Shown: positions 12,001 to 20,180 of the stretch, in pieces
Position numbering within the stretch: the first letter of the stretch is position 1
Layout: the number at the start of each line of letters is the position of its first letter
Source: Ancylonema sp.
Taxonomy: Eukaryota
NCBI GenBank assembly: GCA_050230475.1
Contig: JBFLGF010000094.1
Coordinates: 62,001-82,180 of the forward strand
Direction: 5' to 3'
Length of the DNA stretch: 20,180 nucleotides
Translations under genes and position numbers: made by a program
Notes under the pieces: generated by a model
The model's input: the letters and a program-made list of their open reading frames with translations, nothing else
What the model was told of the DNA's origin: nothing
The model's database searches: none

Positions 12001-14547
12001 TCCAAAAGTTGCAATCCGAGATGGATAGAGGGGACGAGATGGTTACTGCGGGACGTACAAGTCAAGTCAGAACAAAATATACGAGGTCGGCGATAAAAGT
12101 TATTTGATTAATAAGAATGTTGCCTGTCTCTACACATGCAAGGAAGCTTCTTTTGCATTTTTTGCAGCAGGGGGGGGGAACGCTTACTTCCTCCTCCAAA
12201 GGAACCAGCGAAATTGGTGGTGAAGTTGCAGGAAGAGATTGTGGCTGTGCCAGATGCAATATATACTCCTCCACCGCTAACAGCCTGCACTCACGGTAAA
12301 AAATTGGTTAAACGGTGGGGCAAACCACTGCATGTCGTACTGAGGACCTCAGTGATAGAAGTGACGATAAAGCCAGGGTAGGTGGTGTTGAGTCATCACC
12401 CAACACTGCTCGAAAGTGCAGTTAGGTGAAGCTGCTTGAACGCAATAAGGTCTACGTCACGTGAACCTGCTAACACATTCCAGACTGTTGAGTTCCTCTG
12501 ACAATCGAACCTGGTTGTTGGCGAACGTGCAGCCACTGAGTGTTACTGGGAAGCCCGCAACAGCATCCTGCCCTTGCAGCACTGCCAAACCTCCTCCTTG
12601 TGTAACTGTGAAGGTGCTACCTTGGACACCTGGCGGACCATAGTTCCCATCAAAGACAGTGTCGGAAATAGTCACCTCCATGTCCTGGATAGCAACACCC
12701 ATGCCGCTGGAGAATCCAGAGGGACTGGTGTTCCTCACAATCTTGGATTTGGTCATGAAGAAGGGTTTGCCAGCAGGTCCTCCCAGAATGAGATTGCCTC
12801 CGCCGTCTGAAGTTTCAGCCCTGCAGTCCTCCACGGTGATGCCAGTGATGCTGATCTTTCCTGGAAGCAGAGCCTGGATGCCACCACCTCCAGACCCTGT
12901 TGAGCACTTGCTGAACACAGTTCGGTCCAGGTTCACAGCAACACTGGAGAGGAGAGAGATGCCACCGCCTCCAATATTGCGCTCTTGGGAGGCGGGAAGC
13001 AGAGTTGACTTGCAGCTATTCAAGTCTCCTGCGGTGATGCTGATTGTTGAGTTCGAATCAGCATATCCTCCACCCCACCCCGCCTGCAAGTCAAGGCCTT
13101 ACACAAATTGAGTCCCAACTATCATCCACACTCCACTAAGCAGCAGACCACGAGCTGCACACCAGCTGTGATTGGAATACACGACTTTTGAGATTGCAAA
13201 CGACATTGGGCCGTCAGAAGCCCTCACGCACTTTATTTCTGGAATATCCATTCGACATACCTGACAGCCAGTCATATGAACATCAGTCATGGTGACAGTC
13301 GCAGAATCAGAGAAGACACCTCCACCAGAAGACAACGCAAAAGAGTTCGTGATGGACACAGTGGAGAGGGTTGCGCTCAGGCCCGCGACATACACAGCCC
13401 CCCTACACCGGTTGCATTGCAGCTTGAAAAGGCCATGGAGCTGAAAGCAGGCAGCACACACAAAGGGGCGGGGGGAGGAGGTGAGAGTGGGTGGATAGGG
13501 TTCAGTTTGAGTCGGTTTGCAACGACACCAGTTATCTTCATCCTCACCTCATGTAAAGTGTCTGGCCCTTCACACGAAGGCAACCGCCGTCTGACTTAGT
13601 CAAGCCGTTCGTTATAGTGAATCCCTTGAGAGTAAGAGTAGTTGTTGAGCATCCAGCAGTGCAGGAGGCGGTCAAACAGGCGCCAGCCTTGCAGTCCACG
13701 GTCGTTGTTCCATGACCATCACCTTCCACAGTAAGGGACAGACCACTGAGATCAAGGCCTCCAGTTGCACAGAGTAGGTGCCTGAGGTCAGGTGGATGAT
13801 TGCCCCAGAAGCACTCCTGCAGAAAGAGGACGTAGAACGTGACAGATAAGTGGCTGACATCTGTACAGGATTTCGAGAAATGTCAGCCGGATGGTAGTGC
13901 AGAGCATGTATTCAGTTAGCACGAGATTGTGCACCATTTGTATACAGAATGATGCAAGCTGATGCAAGAGGGCGGGATGGTACCTAGATACGCCTTGCTC
14001 GACCGTACCTGAACGAAAATGCCACACACCCCACGACAAGCCCACGCATTCAATTAGTGGCGTTGTGCGGTAGCTTCTTGTGTTTAATCGAAAGTCCTTG
14101 TGCCATGATTGAAGCGTGGAGGCATTTGTTCATGACGTACACGACTAGTAAGGTTCATACGGTCAAATGCTACCTGTACTCGCACACATGTGTCATTGGT
14201 GCGTCATCTCACAAGCTCACCACAAGGGTCCTGCTGAGTTCCGCAGCAGCTTGAATCGGATCCCTGGTTGGACACGAAAACATCGTTTGCAGGCCCACAT
14301 GCTGCAATATCCGCGCTGGCTTTGTTAGACAAGTCGCGGGCACAGTATCTCTGTGCGGTCACCTGTAGTTGTGCTCTCACTCGCACCTCTCTTAAGGCAA
14401 AAGCGCATAACAGTAGTGATAAGAAAGTATTCCCACGCCGTCTGCAACCAGCCGACACTTACATTGTGCCTCGACGACTCCTGCGACAGCGAGGCATAGC
14501 AGAGACCACACTACCACGCTTCTCCAAATATCCCTCCCAAGCACCAT
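6011..14547 (-). CDS. Large multi-pass cell-surface receptor/adhesin-like protein (~1,930 aa): signal peptide + Pmp-like beta-helix repeats + Cys-rich stalk + TRP-like (PF06011-type) membrane domain + cytoplasmic tail; 17 exons; four frameshifts in this assembly
   Basis: Exons, all GT-AG and phase-consistent after correction: 14547-14463, 14301-14221, 14008-13984, 13816-13548, 13440-13261, 13083-12511, 12284-12188, 12045-11867, 11693-11061, 10861-10095, 9965-9592, 9309-8955, 8814-8626, 8422-7919, 7829-7748, 7584-6350, 6164-6011 (TAA 6013-6011). N-terminus MVLGRDIWRSVVVWSLLCLAVAGVVEA-Q is a typical signal peptide. Frameshifts near 13772, 13400, 9616 and 8068. Family assignment is from remembered motifs, not a database search. 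Confidence 0.85.
7350..8814 (-). other. Multi-pass membrane domain (~8-9 hydrophobic segments), TRP-like C-terminal/PF06011-type
   Basis: Hydrophobic segments IFPLIILVIGAWLLM, WAVAMILPIVGILFHLAVL, VVMTILYVVGVPLMFAGIVGY, ITFAIISIFLG, ALILGEFAFTIALACY, ALFVISILLTFCPTLITLAY. Family-like motifs QI..NFD..PEC, RFGWIFDRY..YYWF..V...RR and PY.....N. Confidence 0.75.
8955..9965 (-). other. Beta-rich (Ig-like?) spacer followed by Cys-rich juxtamembrane stalk
   Basis: LQISVLDDFGHVVT..GVATLPPIFL..FTVNISVTS, then CGDGLYY..VCPYGSWCAAG..CPDGTF..CQQC..C..NYW..YQC..GC..CDAGY..MCSSCDPGY..CQQC. Confidence 0.7.
10140..14301 (-). other. Ectodomain coding region: right-handed parallel beta-helix (pectin-lyase-like / chlamydial Pmp-type repeats)
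   Basis: N-cap VFVSNQGSDSSCCGTQQDPCGTVEQGV..IIHLTSGTY, then many FxxN(T/S)A..GGA(I/V/L) units, e.g. FISNSASQSRGGAIF, FHGNSAYLKGGAVSV, FEENNSTHGAAI, FENNTATSGGAVSV, FWNNSVTASDGGALY. Confidence 0.85.
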
Positions 14548-14989
14548 AGCGCTGAGTAGACAGGATCAGATTTGCATGAGTGACAACGCGACCCACGACC
14601 TACACGACCCTTGCGTTTTCCACAAAATTCGAATGTCGTGAGATATTTCTGAGTACAAATTTTCCAACCCGTTGTACCCCTTGCACTGCTCCTAGGTTGA
14701 GAGTAAGTGACCGCGCGCCTCCAGCGAAGCAAATGGAAAATGTGTCGCCGTATTCAATCACAGATAGTCGATAGCATATCTCACTGACTCGGGTGACGTC
14801 CTGTACGAGAAGCAGAGATTCACGTATTCGTGTGCAATACTCAACGAAGTAGACGACACGACTTCATGCACTACCGCAGGAGAAAATGGGACGCAATGTA
14901 GTAGTCGGACGTTATTTTGGAACAAAAACGTGCGGGGATCTGGAAAGGAAGCTGGAACGCGCTCTGGAGCAGAGGATAGGCGCGTCAGG

Positions 14990-15130
14990 TTTAAATAAAT
15001 GACGAGGTTGGGCTCACGATCTCTTGGTTTGGGTTAAATCACATGCTGCCCGAAAACAGCTCACATCACCATGTCGTTTTGTGGGTCCAGGTGAATTCGA
15101 TGTTGCTAGCTCAAAAAGTAAGCCACGTGG
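14990..15130 (-). promoter_or_regulatory. Putative core promoter of the receptor gene: TATA-like TATTTAAA and a G-box/ABRE
   Basis: Minus-strand TATTTAAA at 14997-14990 followed by a pyrimidine-rich tract; GCCACGTGG at 15122-15130. TSS not known. Confidence 0.4.
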
Positions 15131-16143
15131 ATCACAGGAGGAGGAGGCTACGAGCCGCACTCGTAGCCTCGGGAAATCAGCAGTCGTGCCGTATGTCCGT
15201 ACGGGAGTAGATAAGAACTTTCACATGTTTCGTGTCTCGGATCCGCTACCACCAGCCGGGGGTGGTAGAGGGGAAGAGGGGGGTCCCTGGATCGCTGCAA
15301 TTTGGCGGGTGATATTCAATTACCGTACCGGCCAAATTTAATGATCCGGAAATTAATTGTTTTTGTTCGGTTGGGTCTTAAGTCCGGGTCATAAATATTA
15401 ATTCCAAGGTCGCTTCTGGGGCCTTAGGTCCCCTTATCCCCGGTTTTTTTAAAAGGCCTGGGTCTTTATCTCGAGGTATTTTGAGGTCATCTATAGTTCA
15501 AAAGAATTTAAGACTACCGGATACACATGCCACCCCTCCATGAAAAAAGGCAAGGCATCATAAGAAAACAACATCCCGTTTCAAAGAACCATTTTAGTTC
15601 AACACACCAATCACACTTGAACATATCCACTTGAGTACATAACTTGTTTACGCATGCGTACCCATCCATAATACGGTGTCGGTTACTTACAATTTATGAA
15701 AAGCCACAAAAGAAATGTTCATTTATGTAGTTTGTATTTATTTATCCTTTTTTTTCGTTTCCGCAGCCTAAACCTACACACTATAAACAAAATCTGAGTT
15801 AATGGGGGTCGGTGGGGGCGTCAAGGGTATAAAGGGGCAAAAACAGGCCATAGACTCTATGACATAGATTCCGAAATAGAAGAATACCAGTAAATTGATC
15901 TTTAACGATAACGGCGTTCAGCATTTTAGGAGCTAATTTGCCCGTTACTAGAGTGGGTCATATGTGAATAAATAGTCGCCCGGAAGGGGTGGGCGAATCG
16001 CTACGGCCTAAAAATTACCTGATCGGGGGTGGGCGGATCGCTGGGTCTTTGGCTTATTATTTCGATCGCCGGAGGGGTGGGGCATTAAATCTGGCCGGTA
16101 ATGCGACCCAAAACGACCCAAAAAAATATGATACAGTATAACC

Positions 16144-17585
16144 TAGGGTTGTGCAAAACTAAAGCAATTTAAGAGCCTTGATTAAGGTTTTAAAGTTAAG
16201 GTTTTAAACCCCTTGGATTTTCGGACCCTTAAAAACCCTTCAAATGTGGTTCCTTAAAAACCCTTAAAAAGGCCACGTAACCACTTAGGCTACATACCAT
16301 ATGACGTGCAGATTGTCTATTTCGTTCGGTTGCCTCGTTCCTTAGCGGCTATTTGTTTGCATATCTCTCAGGGAAGGGATTCTTAGTGGATACTAAAATT
16401 ATCAAATGTCAGGTAGCGAGTCCGTTGATGCATTTCAAATGTTTCGTCAAACTCTTGCCGCACGAAAAGGGGGAAGGCCATTGGAAACACTTCACGAAGT
16501 TGGAGAACAATAACAAAATCATTTTTGGGCGTCGTGTACCGCATGCTTCAAGGCGGGTACAATGGACGGAGTTCATATATGTATGTAAAAGTATGTTGTC
16601 TTCGCCATCGCTTTATTGTCGACCATGTAAAATTTTGTCACCTTCCCAACATATACTAATTTCAAACCCGGAAAATATAGGAGGAGAAATAAGAGTCGGG
16701 GGGGGCGATGAGAGCATGAAGAAGCACATTCGAAGCTCTGCCAATCCGACAAATAATCAGAAGGCCGCTATAATCAAATCACAATCAAATCAAAGCAAGC
16801 ACATGGAAGCGGTGACAGTGCCAAACATTCCAAATTGCACGTGGTTGAAGGAGAATTTGTATCTTTCGATGAAGAGAGGGTGTACTATTTTCACAGGGCG
16901 TTACTTCAAGCGACCCTTTCAACCAACCTTCCGTTTCTTCAACCCTAGTTCATTGTCTAATCGACTGCCTTTTGTGGTTCAAGAGCCCTTGTTTGGGGAG
17001 GCAGAGTCTATCGATTATTAGGAAATTGCAAGATGATCGAACACAGTTAAAATGTAAATTAAACGTCAATTTCATGAAAAAAAATTTAGTTATAGACTCG
17101 TCTTCTCAAGACCGATATTTATTTTCTTGTTAAGATGAGATAGATCACGAGAGCAACAATACTTGTGATGTCCTTTCAATCATGGTCTAGGAACATTATG
17201 ATGCCTTAAATCACTATATATCCATATCGTGAAATTGCGATAAGAAATAGTGGTTATGGCTACGTATTGTAGTCCTCGTTTTCCTTGGACATGTATGTAA
17301 ATGAGAATAAGAAATATGTATGAAGAGATAATGTACAATTACAACTAACACAAACTCACACACATCAATGAATGGTTCGAATATCAACATATATTCTTTT
17401 GTGTGACACGTTGTTTTTTCTTCATATTTTACAGTTTTTAAGGTCGCCGATGAGTTTAGTGATATGATTTGGCTTCGAAAACACCTCCTGTGTGGGTTAT
17501 TAAGAAATTAAGGTTTTTAAGATTTTCAATTTTTAGAGTTATTAATGTACTAGGGGGGTTTTAAAGCCTTTTAAACCCAACCCTA
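16144..17585 (+). mobile_element. Internally deleted hAT DNA transposon (1,442 bp)
   Basis: Termini TAGGGTTG..CAACCCTA; degenerate 8-bp TSD GTATAACC (16136-16143) / GTATGACT (17586-17593); subterminal AAGGTTTT/AAAACCCTT repeats at both ends; transposase-like remnant inside. Confidence 0.75.
16455..16936 (+). pseudogene. Frameshifted N-terminal remnant of a hAT-type transposase (BED-like zinc finger)
   Basis: (L)PHEKGEGHWKHFTKLEN in one frame, then in another frame HFWASCTACFKAG (CxxC at 16535-16546) and FHRALLQATLSTNLPF (16889-16936), resembling the WxHF..CxxC BED finger and the 'NLPF' block of hAT transposases. Stops and frameshifts present; no catalytic domain seen. Confidence 0.55.
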
Positions 17586-18802
17586 GTATGACTTGTCTAA
17601 AGGAATATTGTCGGGGAGGATAAAATTTATTCCTTTAGACAGGTTATGCAACTAGACAGTTTTGGTTCTAAATGTCGTGAAACCCGTTCCTATGTTCCTA
17701 CGACGGGAAACAAGCCAATATCCAGCCCAGAATCCGTTTAAACGTGTTTTTTCAATTCACACGGGCAACATTTTGTCGTGTAGCGTGTCTCGAGTATATT
17801 CCCACAATGTGGGAGATATTAGGTGCCAAATTTATCATTTCCAACCATGTATGTGCACGTGGAAGGTACCGATACCACCATGCAAATATTGCACAGGCCA
17901 TAATTATCATTTTGCGTGTTTTATAGTTACTTCCCACAAATTTGTCAGAAAATGAACGGATTTTGTACTTTATTCTTTACACATATCACGGGGGGCTAGA
18001 AAAGTATTCCTTTACACACTTATGCAGGTTTTTGAATAATTTTACTCCCCCAACGACGCGGTGAACATTTTCTAGTCCTTTAGACACGTTAGTCCTTTAT
18101 ACAATATTCCTTCATCCATGTTATACTGTAGGATGTACCGTTACATCGAGGTCTCTTTCTACTGTTAAAACGACATCTATTGTTCTCTCTACTGGGCAAT
18201 TCGAAGTATTAAAGATCGTGATTCGAAATAAATCCGAAATGACTATATCGGATCATCACAATGAATTTGGCCACCTGGATCGCGTGATTTATATTTACAC
18301 CGGGAACGGGTGGATCATCATCCCAGAGGTGGTTCCCGAGCCTTTTAAGTTGTTTATGCACGGAATATGTACGTAGTCCCAAGGAGAACGAGCGATAATT
18401 GAAGGTGGGGACAGTCTACTCAACGAACCATATCCGATGCGTTGATTCCCTCTTAAGTAAAAAATCTGATTTTTGTACCATATTACACGACATACAAAAA
18501 GTAAACATGCGGGTGGTACGGGAGTTTGCCACGTAGGTGATATGTAAATAACCGTGTCACACGAAAGAATACGACCATGGAACCATGGATAACGACCTGG
18601 GTATTTTTGGTAATACGGGGTGGGACCTCATCTCATTTTGGATCATTAAAATAATTCAAAATCTCCCAGTTCAAGTGCTTTGGAACATTAAAATATTCGG
18701 AAGTGCATGGATCTTTTGGTTATCATTTAGTTTATAACTTAATATTGAAATTCTCTATATCATCATCTCTGGCCAGTACGGTAGTATAAGCTTTTGAGTG
18801 AT

Positions 18803-19160
18803 TAGACGTGCCGGAATAATTAGGTGGGCGACAAAACGAACCGTACGCAAAAGTATCTCTATCACTGATGATCAACGAGACAGGAGTTTCGTGTGTGGAA
18901 CGAATAATTATTGTGATTGCATCGGGGATGGTAAGACCCGATGCGCTTTACAGATTGTTGTGTGCCGACGGTCGGCACAATTGACCGTCGGCCTATCATT
19001 GACTGACACCTCTTCTAAATGTCAACGGCACATGCCGGACATTTCTGACACGACTAAACAAACCAATCGCGACGCGTCAAACACATAACGTCTCTAAGCG
19101 TCGGAAACATGTCAGGTGCCCGGGCACAAACTTGCCCGGCCCCGCATACAGGCACATCTA
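18803..19160. mobile_element. Putative hAT-like MITE (TAGA[C/T]GTGCC termini, 358 bp)
   Basis: Left TAGACGTGCCGG, right CAGGCACATCTA (reverse complement TAGATGTGCCTG); internal GTGCC/GGCAC repeats; TSD only weakly recognisable. Confidence 0.5.
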
Positions 19161-19411
19161 GAATATTGCTCCCGGTTAGAGTAACCGGTTACAACTGGAC
19201 TAGCAAGCATAACATATGGCTATCCAAAATATTCTGACAGGTAGTGACTTACTTCGAGGGAATCTATAGAGTAGGCTAAGTTAACAACCAATTGTGCCTG
19301 GTTGAACATGTTAGGTGAAATTAACTTGACCTGAGGTGAGTACAAATTCCGTATGTGTGTTGTAAAATGTACGATACCAGTACGAAGGAATACAGGTTGT
19401 ATCATACAACT

Positions 19412-19666
19412 CGAGTGGGGGTACCCTGATTTTTATGGCCGGGTTTAGTGAGAACCGTGAAACAACCCTCATCAACCGTGATTGACCCTCACTAACACTA
19501 ATTAACTTTCATTGCTCCTAAGGCGATTAGTTTATATCAAGGTAAAATCGTAACCCAAGGGTATTGGCCCTGATTTTGGGAGGCGGTTTAAATCATGAGG
19601 TGACCATATTAACCTCGAGGTTAAGGGTCAAGGGTTGTCCGGGTAAAGGGTTAACCCCCACTGTAG
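19412..19666. mobile_element. Putative MITE (AGTGGGGGT..ACCCCCACT ends) flanked by 8-bp direct repeat ATACAACT
   Basis: AGTGGGGGTACCC from 19414 and GGGTTAACCCCCACTG ending 19663; ATACAACT at 19404-19411 and 19667-19674; internal AACCC/GGGTT repeats. Confidence 0.55.
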
Positions 19667-20180
19667 ATACAACTACACGATTTGCAACATGTTTAGGGTC
19701 GCATACATTTTAATTACCCGTTGTACGCTAAAATCACTTTGATCGACACAAAACAACGACACTCAATTGATTTTCGTCAATATTAGTGTCACTAGGTTTC
19801 GTTAAACTTGTGTCGTGAAATTTGTTGCAGGAATCATAAAAGGTATCCACTTGTCCACTTTGGCAAGAGGTGAGTGTGCACCCGTGAAGTGGAAACTTTG
19901 AAATAGAAATGGAGGCATCGATGCACTTTACCAAGGTGGATGTTGTCCAATGTATGAAAAAAAATTCTTGTATTTTCAAGACAATCTAGAGCACATGCGA
20001 AATGGAGTTATACTTATTTTTGCATCAGATGAAACCCGAGAGGAAAATTGTACGTATAATGTTTCATGACATTAGACTTTGGTGAAATAAATATACGATC
20101 CGGGTGGGTGTTTTGAACATTACGGTTTACTAAATTATGCTAAATTTAGGGACAAAAATATATACGGCACCACCAAAGGT

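Larger units (their letters stand above)
16134..18128. mobile_element. Tc1/mariner-type MITE (CAGTATAAC termini, TA TSD, ~545 bp net) interrupted in its left TIR by a hAT element
   Basis: Removing 16144-17593 restores left TIR CAGTATAACCTGTCTAAAGGAATATTGT, matching the reverse complement of the right end CAGTATAACATGGATGAAGGAATATTGT. TA at 16132-16133 and 18129-18130; internal TCCTTTAGACA repeats. Confidence 0.8.
15323..18781. mobile_element. Putative CCGTA-ended Tc1/mariner(pogo)-like non-autonomous element hosting nested insertions
   Basis: Left TA|CCGTACCGGCCAAATTTAATGAT; reverse complement of right end TA|CCGTACTGGCCAGAGATGATGAT; TA at 15321-15322 and 18782-18783; GGATCAT sub-repeats near the right end. 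A second near-perfect inverted copy (CATTAAATCTGGCCGGTA, 16083-16100) makes the end pairing ambiguous. Confidence 0.5.

Noticed and set aside
6041..13599. Numerous plus-strand and alternative-frame ORFs (e.g. 6545-7357, 6862-7437, 9666-10148, 11017-11505, 12659-13111)
   Set aside because: Shadow ORFs of GC-rich exons of the minus-strand gene; no independent motifs.
10140..13816. Bacterial Pmp/autotransporter gene, contamination or recent horizontal transfer
   Set aside because: The region is interrupted by many spliceosomal introns, has no C-terminal beta-barrel and continues into a eukaryote-type helical membrane domain.
14204..14464. In-frame ATG-TAA followed by a signal-peptide-like stretch (FLSLLLCAFAL) as the gene start or a nonsense mutation
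   Set aside because: The AT|GTAAGT is the donor of intron 1. The better first exon (14547-14463) encodes a clean signal peptide and splices in phase to 14301.
16180..16270. Interstitial telomere repeats or CRISPR-like array
   Set aside because: The AAGGTTTT/AAAACCCTT units are irregular, occur in both orientations and mirror the other end of the hAT element, so they are subterminal repeats.

Overview
Eukaryotic, intron-rich genomic DNA, most likely a streptophyte or early land plant (bryophyte-like; inferred from an ABRE/RY/DRE-bearing LEA promoter and GT-AG introns). The window holds two minus-strand genes separated and flanked by AT-rich DNA carrying decayed DNA transposons. (1) The 5' part of a group-3 (LEA_4-like) LEA gene, with exons at 855-847, 496-425 and 184-<1. 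(2) A 17-exon gene (14547-6011) for a ~1,930-aa cell-surface protein: signal peptide, long Pmp/autotransporter-like GGA(I/V)..FxxN beta-helix ectodomain, a beta-rich (Ig-like?) spacer, a Cys-rich stalk, a ~8-9-pass TRP-like/PF06011-type membrane domain and a ~400-aa cytoplasmic tail. Manual splicing only gives an open frame if four small frameshifts are corrected; three are 1-nt shortfalls compatible with homopolymer errors, so it is either a young pseudogene or an assembly artefact. Upstream of this gene is a nest of transposons: a hAT derivative with a transposase remnant, inserted in the TIR of a Tc1/mariner MITE, possibly inside a larger CCGTA-ended element, plus further MITE-like elements. 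No prokaryotic features, rRNA, tRNA or CRISPR were seen.
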